Source: Asterionella formosa (Eukaryota). Taken from it: a DNA stretch of 47,805 nt. The notes beneath the pieces were generated by a model. It made no database searches. It had not been told where the DNA came from and was given only the letters and a program-made list of their open reading frames with translations. Where the stretch lies: assembly GCA_002256025.1 (NCBI GenBank), contig NKIB01014093.1, positions 1-47,805 of the forward strand, written 5' to 3'. The position numbers and the translations under genes were made by a program. This document shows, one piece after another, positions 22,381 through 34,370 of this stretch; position 1 is the stretch's first letter, and every line of letters starts with the position of its first letter.

Positions 22381-24639
22381 TTATCCCCCTTCCCGGAAAA
22401 ATGGAACTACCAACGGCAGAGTCGTTCCATTGAAGTTGACCAATAACTTGGTGAAGTTTGCGCGTCGTTGAAACTTGGTCATCGTCGAACATCCCTTTGC
22501 ATTAACGTGAACCACAACAATGACGCTTTCGTACAGTCTGAGCCTGCAGAGCACAAAATCGTTTTCCAGCTGCTGTGACCAAGGACTGCCATCTAGATTT
22601 ATTAACGTCTTCTGAAATCTGTCGTCCCAGTTGATCTCTGTCCACTCCTCTCCCCTTCGCCTTGTGGATGCGTCAACACTGAAAACGTTCTCCTTGATGA
22701 TTAAGTCAGAACATCCAGTGTTTTGAATCAAATACCGAAGCTCAACAACTGGCAAGGATGTGTATTCCACCTTACCCTCGACTTTGACGCTTCGACACGT
22801 CTCTCCATTTGATCGCTCCACCATTGATACCCAAGCACTGACCTTACCCTGCATCCGCCCTTCTCCTAGAAGCAGCGATCCTTCTTTCGTGGAATGAGGC
22901 CGTACGTTGGCAGCGTCCATTTTCTGATATAGTGATAGAGATGTGGAGTTGTCTTCCAGAATGTCCTGCCATTGCCGCACGTTGAACATTCCAAATCTTG
23001 CAATAAGTGAACTTTGTAACCACACTGCATCGTTGTGAAACACACCAAAATCTCTGATGGATTTTGAAATGCATTGACAACGTAGCAGCGATGTTTTATC
23101 CAAGAATTTCGCAATATCTAGTAGCATTGGTATACTACTAAATACATCCATCACAGGATTCCCAGGCGTCACTTCGTGCATTGCTTCCTGCTCATTTAGC
23201 CCAAAAGTAGTGGTAATCTTTCGACGCTTGGCTGGCGATTGCTCGTCCCCGACTAAATCATCCTCTGCCTGTTTTGGAATTTTTGCTACCTCACATCTAA
23301 GTTTCAAAACTTCTCTCATCAAAACTTCACACTGCGTATTGAGATTCTGCATCAAAGTAGCGGCTGAATCCACAAAGGACGGTCGATCCCACTTTTTCAC
23401 CGATTCTGCTGTCTTGACGCACTCATTCATTGAATCCAACGTTTGTTTTCGGTCGTTATCATTAATCGTCAACGACTTCAGCTGCGTGGATCGTTGCTTG
23501 GATTGCGAACCGGCCAAATTAATGGCAATGGAAAGATTTTCAATGGCCTCATTCAACTTAACCCGAGAATCCTTGGCTCGTTGTTTCTTCCTTTCGTAGG
23601 CGGCACCTGAATTCATGGTCGGCGATATTGATAGTGGCAATGGTTGCTTAAGAAGATTTTTATTCTTCTTGGTAGTCGGAGGTTGAACAGTGGATGGGAC
23701 AATATGGCTTCCTCCAAAACCAAACTGGGATCGCCGCAGAGTTGCTTGTACAATCGAAGCAGTTGGATTGGCACGTGCTTTTGCGTGTGACGCGTTTGAA
23801 TGGTACAAGGGAGCGGCATCCCCAGGAAGTGATGGTGCATAAGGTGGTCGATACTGTGGTAGCTTTGGAACGGCAGGTTCAGATGTGTCATCAAGCAGGG
23901 GCAAATCATTTGGTACCACTTCCTCGCCCTGCGGAAGTTGCACGATGGCTGCTGCTGTGGACACCGCGGAAGCTGTAACATTTTTGGATGATGGGAGTGG
24001 CGGAAATGATGTTTCTAAGCTTTTTGGAATGGGCAATTGATAAGGTCTTCCGTATGCAAAGCGTGACTGATCTTGTGATATCGGCGCTTGCGTCGAAAAT
24101 GCGGTCCCTAACGTCCTTGCCGATGGGGCTTTGGAGGTTTCCACTACTTTCGACGGTTCGACAGACGGCATCTTCGTATCTTCTACACTAACATCTCCAA
24201 TCAGTTTCCCAATTGAACTCATGAGAGCCCCTGCACTGCTATAATTCATGTTCCGACTCGATCGGTCACTTGATTTCAAAAATACTTCTGTCAGCGAAAA
24301 GTCTTGCTCGGAGAGTCGAACCATTTCATCAATATCTCGTCGCGTATCGGGAGAGTATACAGCGGAAGTTACCCTCCTTGGTAAACCTGAATTAGTTCGA
24401 TCGACTGAAAGGGTGAATGTGGGCAGCTTGGCATTTTCTTGGATCTCCATGTGGACCGCATTTGAACGCGAGTACGAGGGTGATGCCGGTCCTCGCAAGG
24501 GAGAGTGCAGAGGCGAGGAACTAGATGCTGCTTCGAGATCTAGCAGATCATCAAAGTGGTAAAGATGGTCTAGGTTCATCTCTGGAGAAGACGCTCCATC
24601 CGATCGATCCAGCAGAGCCGATGAATCTGACGGTATCAT
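22381..24639 (-). CDS. 752-aa protein with a bHLH-like region followed by an F-box-like motif
   Basis: YERKKQRAKDSRVKLNEAIENL (basic + helix 1), WDRPSFVDSAATLMQNL (helix 2), coiled coil, NLS PAKRRK, and IPMLLDIAKFLDKTSLLRCQCISKSIR (F-box-like). Confidence 0.7.
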   Translation of the reverse strand: MIPSDSSALLDRSDGASSPEMNLDHLYHFDDLLDLEAASSSSPLHSPLRGPASPSYSRSNAVHMEIQENAKLPTFTLSVDRTNSGLPRRVTSAVYSPDTRRDIDEMVRLSEQDFSLTEVFLKSSDRSSRNMNYSSAGALMSSIGKLIGDVSVEDTKMPSVEPSKVVETSKAPSARTLGTAFSTQAPISQDQSRFAYGRPYQLPIPKSLETSFPPLPSSKNVTASAVSTAAAIVQLPQGEEVVPNDLPLLDDTSEPAVPKLPQYRPPYAPSLPGDAAPLYHSNASHAKARANPTASIVQATLRRSQFGFGGSHIVPSTVQPPTTKKNKNLLKQPLPLSISPTMNSGAAYERKKQRAKDSRVKLNEAIENLSIAINLAGSQSKQRSTQLKSLTINDNDRKQTLDSMNECVKTAESVKKWDRPSFVDSAATLMQNLNTQCEVLMREVLKLRCEVAKIPKQAEDDLVGDEQSPAKRRKITTTFGLNEQEAMHEVTPGNPVMDVFSSIPMLLDIAKFLDKTSLLRCQCISKSIRDFGVFHNDAVWLQSSLIARFGMFNVRQWQDILEDNSTSLSLYQKMDAANVRPHSTKEGSLLLGEGRMQGKVSAWVSMVERSNGETCRSVKVEGKVEYTSLPVVELRYLIQNTGCSDLIIKENVFSVDASTRRRGEEWTEINWDDRFQKTLINLDGSPWSQQLENDFVLCRLRLYESVIVVVHVNAKGCSTMTKFQRRANFTKLLVNFNGTTLPLVVPFFREGG

Positions 24640-25070
24640 TTGATGTTGATCCCTGAATCAATCCGGCAACGGTGCACAGTTCTGAGCCTCACTGTGCCTT
24701 TCGCTCGAGCTCGACAAGCAAACTTCCAGGTCTCTTGGTATATTATCAATGTGAAGAAGTACGTATCGAAGCAGCTGGTCCTTGATAAACTATTCCTCGA
24801 TTGCTACAACAGTGAACAGCATCATGTAGTCGAGGCGGGTGCCATTTTTGATGATCCGTTGATGGATGACGGAAAGAAAGATGCGCGCAAGCAATCGCGT
24901 CGGCAAGCAAAATATGTTCTTACATACATGTAGGTATGATGTACACATAATCTATACATTACGAACCATGTGCCACGCAAGTTGCAGTAAATGAGAAACT
25001 TAGCCTGATTTTCCTATTAGTAAAAACCGTCTTTTACCGGAATGCGTGCCTAGGTAATACCAGGAACCTT

Positions 25071-25159
25071 TCAAGTTGCGGTAATTGTGCTGAAGTAAAG
25101 TTTTATCTATCTTTATCCCATATTAAATTGTTTATTTAAGCGAAATGACCGCAACTTGA
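25071..25159. repeat. Imperfect inverted repeat (29-bp arms, 31-nt loop)
   Basis: 25071-25099 vs rc(25131-25159): 24/29 identical. Confidence 0.85.
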
Positions 25160-25495
25160 TGGTACGGAGTGTCAGGTACTCATCAAATCACTCTGCATGA
25201 CTCTGCATTGTTTTGCTTTTTATATTACATTTTATCACAACTGGAAGTCTACCGGTAGCTAATAGGAAAACGGATTCTTTCCGGCTTACTAGGCAGGCTA
25301 ATTTCAGTCTCTCTTTGAGGCTCAATTTGAAAACTTTATTGTTACTTTCCTTTAACTTTAGATACATTGCTGGATAGTAAATTTTTGTCCTGATTAAAAG
25401 GGCTCCTTACGTTACAGACAAAAAATGGAAATTAAACTACTAATATTTAGTCATGTGTCAGTCACAACATGAAAAGTTCCACTGACACAGATCAG

Positions 25496-25521
25496 TCTGG
25501 ACTGGACTGGACTGGACTGGA
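25496..25521 (+). repeat. (CTGGA)n microsatellite
   Basis: ctggactggactggactggactgga. Confidence 0.85.
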
Positions 25522-25539
25522 AGGACTCAATACTGCTTC

Positions 25540-26120
25540 AATGGAATGATGTAAACAAGAATCATCAATTCGAAGCATACTACCCATGGAGCATACACAA
25601 CATGTCCAAGTTATCATTTTCCAGTCTACACAAGTACTTTGGAGGTGGGAACTGACAGCATTCTACCCCTTTCCCGAAATTTTGTGTGCCTTTGGGCAGC
25701 CCAAAAACTCTATGCTTTATTTTTTTGGTCTTTCTTGACAAACTTCTCAGTGATTCTTCTTCTTCCTTTTTGTAATAAGAATTACATACCAATGCCTCCA
25801 CAAAGAAATTATGAAAACAGAGCATGCCATCAACCTCCCTCTTAACAGAAGTGTTTATATGCAAGCATGGCATCTTCTGCCGTGACTTAAAGGAGCAATG
25901 ATAACACTCCATTTAGCCACCATTTCGTCGCCCATAAAACTTCCAAACTGATGGGAAGGCCACTTTGCATCATGGACATTCAACAGCATGTCGAAATTTG
26001 CAGTGGCTATAGATAACCACTCTATATGAAATTTGTTTTTGCTATTTATGATCTGCGCACACATTTGCAACATTCTCCTCCACTATGCTCATTGCACCAT
26101 TTTTTAATACATCTGAATGG
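25540..26120 (-). pseudogene. Decayed piggyBac-like (DDE) transposase, C-terminal part
   Basis: With frameshifts the minus strand reads YRVVIYSHCKFRHAV..VHDAK..PISLEVLWATKWWLNGVLSLLL*VT, then EALVCNSYY..HRVFGLPK and a degraded Cys-rich tail. This resembles stramenopile piggyBac-like transposases. Stop at 25887-25889. Confidence 0.6.
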
Positions 26121-27265
26121 TTTCAGGTTTGCACTCTACTTTTTGATCAATGAAAAACAAAATAGAATCGTTCGACAACTCCGAAGGAAAGATTAAATCA
26201 AATAACTGAAAGGCAGTGAATTTCAAATGAATTGGAAATGATGAAAAATTTTGCATTGCTCTTTGATCCATTCAACTACCCAGTGGCCCCAAAAATTGCA
26301 TCCAGCCATAGATAGTATGCTAAACATAAAAGATATTCTACCAGGTAGCATATCATACCAGTATAACAACCTGGACTCTCGACCTTGTTGTAGCAACAGT
26401 AAAGGTATACCAGTAGTCATTGTTAATCGTCATTATGCCGGCAACAACTACCACAAATCGATGATTTGACGACAATCATCATGTCATCTTCCCCTCATTT
26501 GTTATTTTATACTAATCAAATAGAATCGAATAGTCGCTAGTGTATAGTAGTAAACGTTTTTAATTGTAACTACTACATTTGTTTAGATATAGTAGATACA
26601 GTAAGATCGGAAAACCACAAGTGGGCTTGATGACAAAGACGATATTTTGATGCCTCGTCATCGCATTCAAACACGTCTTATTTGTACATATGCACCGTTC
26701 TACAATGCTCCATTTTCTACAAAGGATCAGGCTCAAAACAAAAATTGATTTAGAATTCACTATTTATCTGTTACAAATAGTTGGATCATCATCGTCATAT
26801 TGTTGTTTCCAGAGTACATTTTAATTGAGTCCACAATTGCGGTAAAAACTAACTAATTCCTAAATAGTAATGATACTACTTTATTTGTAAAAGTAGTATG
26901 ATTTGAAAAAAATGGCATTTTTTACTATATTTTTGTCTTCCTACATCATAGTCAGTGGGTGGCTAACGACGTTTAGGTTGTCCCAAAAACCGTTAGCATC
27001 GCCTTTTCGTTTGTCTGGTGACTGAAATCAAACCGAAACCAAAATTTTGTTTTGGGGTGTTTTGGTCCACAGTTAGCACCGGCCTTTGTCTATTATATTA
27101 TAAATCTTTAGAATGGTGAGTAGAGCTAATGTACTTTATTGTCAAGCTATTATCTTAATAACGCTATCTTGAAATAGAATCCAAGCGGCGTAGTAGCCAC
27201 CAGTGCATACAAGAGAATGCGTCTTGTTTGCACAGGTGGCATGCTTTGTTCTGCGAACTCATTTT

Positions 27266-28083
27266 CTAAGGGAGTAAACCTACATAACAAAACTCAGCTT
27301 CATCAGGGTGGGAATGACAATACGCAGCTTTCGCAGCTTCCACTGCCTTAATATCCTTGGCTTTGAATGACACCACCCGCCCATGATTCTTCAATTCCTT
27401 GAAAAAGACATGCGCGATTTCAGTCCTAAGAAATCTCCATACTGCGTAGGTTTCGACATGGTCGGCAGAATAAGAATGTAGGAGATCAAAAAAGGAACAG
27501 GGTGTCACAACAGCTTCATGATCACTACTGCCAAGGGTTTCTTCCCACGCCATCTCAAGTAAGTCTGATGACACATTTAGACGTTCCCGCAGATTCTGAT
27601 CGGAACATGCAAGTACGGCGCACAATTGATCGAATTCTAGGAGAGCTTTCTTGTCATTGACAGGAGCAGGAACAGAAAACGAGACTTGCTTGTCTGCTAT
27701 GTTGAATTCATTGTGCAGCACATCATGGATCATGTATCTAACACCTCCGTTTATCTTGTGCTCCATGACACGGACTCGCCCCATGTGACGACGGCCCTTT
27801 TCTTCGAATTCGACAAAGGCGCCAACTGGGAGAGCTGGATTGGGATCAAGTCCGTCAATGACGGAATGTTTGCTGCGGCAAATGACGAAGTGAGGCTAGA
27901 AATGCAGGAATGAGGGGCTTGTAACGTAAGCGCTGACAAAAACAAATTCAACAAGGAATAACAGCAATGCCAGTAAAATATTCAACTCACCTTTCTGGAG
28001 GCGCCAGTAGGGCCGATAAATGCGTAGATAGGAGCCAGCATAGTCAACGCGACATAAACGACTGGTCGAAAGAAAGGGCTCAT
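27266..28083 (-). CDS. Probable plastid-targeted protein (about 240 aa; intron 27896-27990) resembling the non-catalytic N-terminal region of cyanobacterial/plastid RNase II
   Basis: Exon 1 MSPFFRPVVYVALTMLAPIYA-FIG (signal + Phe). The GT-AG intron joins to ...GAFVEFEEKGR..IADKQVSF..DLLEMAWE..VTP..YAVWRFL..FFKE, in frame with ORF 27266..27784. Confidence 0.7.
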
Positions 28084-28774
28084 AATGGGATGATGATGAA
28101 ATGATCTCTAGTTTTTTGAGTGATAACTCTATAGGAGTCAGGAAGGATCCATGTCAATCATCATATCAGATCATGGTGCCATCATCAGAACATCAACGAA
28201 GATTTTATATATCTACGACATCAAGCTCTGCACTACCACGCACATTTTTGTGGTTATTTCTCTGAACATCACAAAAACGCGAACCCCATCACATACCGTA
28301 TACTGGGCGTACGGTATATAATACACCTGCATATGATGTCGTTGCATGAATGGAAATACGGTACCAGGTACCTGGTACTATGAAAGACACATGTACCGTA
28401 GCAAAGTCTAAGGTACTGGTAACTGGAACTGGTACCTGTTACCTAGTTACCAGGTACCCTGGAACTGGTACATCAAGATAATTTTCAAAATCATGTCAGT
28501 CATGAATATAGTGCACGTAACGAGGCTGCAGTATGTAGGAACCCACATCAACTACTGAAGTATCAAAAAACATTTGGTTGTCTCATTTTGTATTGTTGTG
28601 CTTGTAGTTCTAAATACCAATATATATATGTCACAATTATAAATAGCAAGTGTACTGACCTCTTCTCGATTAGTCATAGTGTCCATAATAGATTCTAAAT
28701 ACTTAAGTGTTCACACGTCTTTAGTCAGAAGCAATACTCTGCGATGGCGTAGTATGAACCTATCCTTCAATGGC

Positions 28775-29482
28775 TTACACAGATGTTGCTGAAACCTTAT
28801 TGTCATCAGTGTCACTTCCTTCAGAAACTGCTATTAAAAATTCCTGACGACAGCATGGACACAATGAGTGTTTTTGGCACCAAAGTTGCATGCACGTTGC
28901 ATGAAATACATGTTCGCATGAAGGGTTCGATGACCAAACAAGCGTCTCTCCAACCTGGAATTGTGAAATACATATGGCACAAAGATTGGAAACAGAATGT
29001 CGGCCTCCTGGTAAAACCATAACTCCACCTCCATGGAGCGTGTCATTAACCACGCTCTTTGACTGTGATAGTAAGTCTTTGGCAAAGTGCTCTTCCTTTA
29101 GAACCTGACACGAAATATGGAGAAAGCGGTTTGAGAACACCCATTCATGGTTCGGTCGTTTCCTTGAAGTCTGCTGCAATAATATTCTTACCAGTTTTAC
29201 TCGATCAAGGCTGACTTGTCTCGTGACCTTTCCTTGTTCCAGGTCTCCACTTGCTTGTTCCATTTCAGCGTCATGATTAGTTCTACAACTGTCGAGCCAT
29301 ACACATAAAGGTATCAATAAGCAGACAAGCAAAGTGGCACCGATAACAATGGCATATGGAACATTATTAGACGACCCTTGGTTTGCATTCTGATAACGTT
29401 GATTGTTCACACTACTGTTGTGTATTGGTGGTTGTGTTTTTTGCGACCAATCATGCGGTTGTGGCCACATCATTTTCGACAT
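28775..29482 (-). CDS. Transmembrane RING-H2 (ATL-like) E3 ubiquitin ligase
   Basis: TM helix VPYAIVIGATLLVCLLIPLCVWL; RING-H2 CAICISQF..CEHVFHATCMQLW..CPCCRQ. Possible in-frame intron 29105-29191. Confidence 0.85.
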   Translation of the reverse strand: MSKMMWPQPHDWSQKTQPPIHNSSVNNQRYQNANQGSSNNVPYAIVIGATLLVCLLIPLCVWLDSCRTNHDAEMEQASGDLEQGKVTRQVSLDRVKLVRILLQQTSRKRPNHEWVFSNRFLHISCQVLKEEHFAKDLLSQSKSVVNDTLHGGGVMVLPGGRHSVSNLCAICISQFQVGETLVWSSNPSCEHVFHATCMQLWCQKHSLCPCCRQEFLIAVSEGSDTDDNKVSATSV

Positions 29483-30950
29483 TGGCTTATTATTGATGAA
29501 TAGAGGAATATATGAAGAAATGATGTTGGCACTCACGAAGTCTGCAGAAAAACCCAATCAGAAAATGCGAAGTCTAAGATCAGTCTTAGTGACAAAAAGT
29601 GAATTATGGACATCACCCGAAAAACGAGCACATCTCGAGACAAGCAAGGATGAGTCAATTGAAACGAAACGAAACGAAATGAAGCAAGCAAACTGGTAGT
29701 AGGTTTCCGTTCCACGGTATTCATAGTCTTCTGATGATGGTGTGGAGTATGAAGTTGCAAAATGAGCATGCTTCTCATCAAAAGATTCCCACCGGCCGTG
29801 GATTTGATTTGAAAGTGCATGATTCTCTCATCGCTGATTACCAGGTAGTCATATACCGGTAGTCAAGCAGACCTGCAGAAGACGATTACCAGGTACCCTG
29901 GTACCAGGTAGTCATTTTTGACATGTAAACACACATGGTAATGTATGTACCCTGTTACTATCTGGTACCTGGTACCAGGTACCCGGTACAGTATTGTGCT
30001 GGAGCTCTGTATTTCTCGATTCATAAACCTGAATACATAAATGAGCAAGATGATGCTCTCATTATATAAGAGCATCCGGTAAAAGACGGTCAATAGTTCA
30101 GGAGAAATTTTAGTGGTAACAACCTATGTCACTGCATTTACCGGTATGCGTGCGCATTTCCTGGACGACATCGTTCTTCGACTCCTCGTCTGCCTTCGCT
30201 GCATGTTGACAATCCGACTGGTTTCTACACACATGTGATCTACGAAATGCACTCTACATCCTGGTACCCTAGTACCGGTACTCTAGACTAGACTACCTGG
30301 TACCTGGTACTTTGACGGTAGTCAAGCCCTACATATTCATACCGGAATAAATGAACTACAAACCCGCGAACAACAAAGAATTTTCCTACCTTGCCTGGAC
30401 GGTCCGGTACTTTTGAGATGTTTAGATACCGGTAGATGTTTCCTATAGTATGAACCGTCTTTTGCCGGACTGTCACTGGTAAAATGTTACATACGATTTC
30501 ATCTACTGGTATACCGGTATGCATATATGCTGAGGAGTTTTCGTTTACATGATGCCAGTACCTGGTACAGGTATCATCACCTTGTGTATATTACAATTAT
30601 GCATGGTTATCGATTCTACCAAGATCGCTCGGAAGCATGCACGGACACGGATTTACATCAGCATCCGAAAATGTTTCTCCTGAGCCGCATCTAAAACTGT
30701 AGTGTAATGGAGTTTAACAGATCTAGTCAGCTGTCCCAAGTGAATATAGAAACCTGCTCATTTGCATGACCGTCCACGTAGATTCAGTTTTTGGCGAAAA
30801 AGGAAGATCATTGCAGTTTGATTTTACTAGGGAGGAATTTTCCATAGTTCCATCAGTTTCGCGCAACAAATACATGATATTCTAAACGCCTATGCCAAGT
30901 TCGAATTCAGTGGAATATTATAATCACTACAAATCCAAGAAGGTGTAATC

Positions 30951-32091
30951 TTACTTGACAAAGTCTTCACCCTTTTGAATTTGCGCCTTCAATTCCGGCA
31001 ACAACTTGTCAAGCCACGTCTGTTCATACGCCGACAGCTGTCCATATCCCAAAACTTCTTCCACACCATTCTTTCCAAATTTGCAGGGACTTGCGAAATA
31101 GGTTGCACTGGTCAAGGTACTTTCCACGAATGCACACTGGATAATCTCTTCTCCCTTTAATGCCTTGAGCACATTCTCCGTAAACAAGAATCCGGCATAG
31201 GCCATGGACAATGTCGCAGATCCAGCTCCTGCCTTGGCTGCTACAACTTCGTCTCCTCCAAATTGAGTTCGAACCGTAAGTGCCTCGCGGTCGGCATCAG
31301 ATAGGACGAGACCCGGCACTTGCGAGAAAAGTGGTAAAATAGTAATGCCAGCATGTCCTCCGATGACAGTGACATTAACATCCTGAGGGTCTTTTCCTTC
31401 CTTGTTTCCAATGAAAGTGTTTGCACGGACCACATCCAACGTGGTGACCCCACAAAGTTTCTTGGGGTTGTAGACACCTGCCTTTTTCAAAATTTCCGCG
31501 GCAATGGGAACCGTCGAGTTGACTGGATTGGAGATAATGGCGATGATAGCATCTGGACAGAACTTGGCGCATCCCTCCACCAAGGTCTTGACAATGGATG
31601 CGTTGGTGTTGAACAAATCGTCACGAGTCATGCCCGGTTTACGAGGGACACCGGCGGGGATTACAACAACGTCTGCTCCAGTCAAGGCATCGCGGAGGCC
31701 CTCGTTGGGACGAGGAGGCCACGCACCAGGGGAGGGGAGTGATCCGATCGTCTTTGATTTAGTTGGTATCTGTGGTGAGAGCACAAGTACGACGAGATTA
31801 AGGATAGTGTGAGTGATGCAGCCAGCGTGAACTGCTCGAGTTCCATCAAAGTGTCTCGTCAGTTGTCAACGAACGTACATGACTCAAGTCCGCAGCGACA
31901 CCAGGGGTTCCAACAATGTCGTAACAGGATAGTTCGTCCACTTCAGGAGATAGCTTTAGGAGAAGGGATAGTGGCTGTCCAATTCCTCCGGCGGCCCCAA
32001 GAACGGCCACCTTGACGTTGGCAGAGGCAGTCGCGGAATAGTTCCGAGCCATCATTCGAGAGGCAGCAGCGCTGTATTTGGAGGCAAGCAT
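30951..32091 (-). CDS. MDH2: Mitochondrial NAD-malate dehydrogenase (about 343 aa; intron 31770-31878)
   Basis: Mitochondrial presequence [86 protein letters not shown]. Confidence 0.97.
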
Positions 32092-32990
32092 GGTGTTGTT
32101 GGAGATTGCTGTTTGTGTACTGTAGAGTGCAGACGTATGGAGACAAGGGGACAAGAGGAGGAGGTAAGTAAGTCCGTTCCAGAGTAATTATTTTGTGAGC
32201 GAGAATTGACCGTCAATCCAAACGACTGGAAGAAAACGAGCGACGCGGCTTGATTGGATCTGCCGGATTTTTACTCGTCGAGCTAAGAAACTCGCAACTG
32301 CAACAGTGGTCTGGAAAAGGATTACCGGTATATGCCTGTCATTTCTGAATGCCATTTTTCGAACACCCCCACCCCACCGCTGTTTGTCAAAAGTTGTTTC
32401 GACTACCTACAGCTCTGTCTCAGAAATTTCTCCCTCCTTGGATGTCCATCGCCATTTTCTCACCTTTTGCTTGGGGTCATATACCGTAACTTGTGTTATG
32501 GTGGAACAAATGTTGTTGCACCTTCTTCGCCAAATAAAGAAAATAACTACCGGTAGTACATATGTATGAACATACTAGGTAGGTTGTACCTTCTCCCGGT
32601 ACATGCATTGTAAATATATATATTATGCATGCAGCTATACTGGACTGATGCTGAAAATGCTGTGGTTTCGTCTGCTCCTGCAGCTCACTTACGCTTCGTG
32701 AGGGGATATTCGATTGATGGCTGAAATTGGGAGGAGCACTTCCGTTCAAGTTTGTATGGTAATTACAATGTGCGTACACGGAATGCCAGTTAATTAAGAC
32801 CATCTACAAGCTTATATGATACTGGTACACTAGTATATGTTTTATTTACCGGTATACCGGAATATATATACCGGTTTATGATATAAATGCATGTAAATTC
32901 TTCCGGTGTATCATAACCGGTATACCGGTACACATTTGATGTCATCAAAATACCTTAGCCATGATATATTTTTACAGGCAGCCACATTCC

Positions 32991-34007
32991 ATGATGACCA
33001 TGGCCACCATCAGCCGTACGATGATGCGATACAGCCGTTGGTTGGATGCACCAAGAAACGCTCGTTTCTTTTCCTCGAATCCCAAGAATACTCGTCTGGC
33101 AGGACGTCGTCGCTTCTACAAACAAGTGGGCGTTGTCACTGTCCCTCCACCCTGGGACGAAGTTGAAACACAGACGGACGTGATGGAATCTCCTATTTCT
33201 CCCGGCGTTGATGGGTCATTTTCGGCTAGTGGTGTGACCAACAATCGATTAACCCAAGAGGTGCGCAAGAAACATCTTCAGCCCACCACGAATCATCTCG
33301 ATCATCAGAATTGGTATGGTATTACTCTGGATGGACGTGTTGTGTCAACTCCTCTAGGCACTCCGTTGGCAGTTCCATCACTGCACTTGGCATGGATGAT
33401 CGCGGCAGAATGGGATGCTCAAGAAACATTTCTGAAACCGGCACAAATGCCACTCATGACGCTGACTTGCACTGCTATTGACCAAACTGCCAATGCTATG
33501 CCAGTGTATCAACAACAAGCCTTGTCCTATTTGCACACTGACACGTTATGTTTTTGGGTCGATCCCATGGAAGAACGAGGCTTGTATAGAAAACAGCAAA
33601 AGGCATGGGAGAAAATACATTCAATTTGTGAAGAATTATTGGGAGATAAACCTGCCATGGTCATTGGGACAACGGACAGTTTGTGGCTGGTGAGGAAAGG
33701 AGGGCTGCCACATTCTGTCGTACTACAGCAACAAGCAAAGGAACTTGTGCACTCTTTGAATGCGTGGGAATTGACTGCGCTGGCAAGTATCACGTCCAAT
33801 TGTAAATCATTACTCCTTGGGCTTGCCATGGTACATTCAGATATTTTGTCACCAGCACAAGCCAGTGAAGCAAGTCGACTAGAAGAAGAATTCAATATCG
33901 ACAATTGGGGACTGGTGGAAGGGGGTCATGATTATGACAGACTCAATAGCAGTATTCAATTGCATGCAGCAGAGATTTTGATTCAGAGTACACGGGAGGC
34001 AGTGTAG
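32991..34007 (+). CDS. ATP12: Mitochondrial F1-ATPase assembly chaperone Atp12
   Basis: RRFYKQV, LDGRVVSTPLG.PL.VP..LA..IAAEWDAQ, MPLMTL.CTAID, DTLCF, ASRLEEEFNIDNWGLVEGGHD. Confidence 0.93.
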   Translation: MMTMATISRTMMRYSRWLDAPRNARFFSSNPKNTRLAGRRRFYKQVGVVTVPPPWDEVETQTDVMESPISPGVDGSFSASGVTNNRLTQEVRKKHLQPTTNHLDHQNWYGITLDGRVVSTPLGTPLAVPSLHLAWMIAAEWDAQETFLKPAQMPLMTLTCTAIDQTANAMPVYQQQALSYLHTDTLCFWVDPMEERGLYRKQQKAWEKIHSICEELLGDKPAMVIGTTDSLWLVRKGGLPHSVVLQQQAKELVHSLNAWELTALASITSNCKSLLLGLAMVHSDILSPAQASEASRLEEEFNIDNWGLVEGGHDYDRLNSSIQLHAAEILIQSTREAV

Positions 34008-34370
34008 TTAGAACATCGACGAAACACACAATTTAGACATTCTATGAAGCGACTACCAATTTTGAATTACAATTTATCATTAAGGCGTGGTTAATTTGAA
34101 ACGATTTAGGCTTTATGATACAAATTTCACATATAATGTCGACAAATGTACAAAAACAAGTAGTAGACACAAGGAATTCTGGGCTTCTTTACTTTGCAAT
34201 GCAGATTTCAATGTGCTTCCTGCAATTATACGGCGTCGAGGAATGATGAATTGTGTATTGTCCAATAGTATGGTATAGGTAAAGTTAACATTAACATAAA
34301 TCATGAAATAAAAATGCGAGGTATTGTCAATTTTGTTTCTCTATTCCCTTAAGAAGAATTAGTTGGTCAT

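Noticed and set aside
27933..27990. Alternative shorter intron (acceptor 27933) for the plastid protein
   Set aside because: Leads to a stop after about 25 codons; acceptor 27896 restores the long frame
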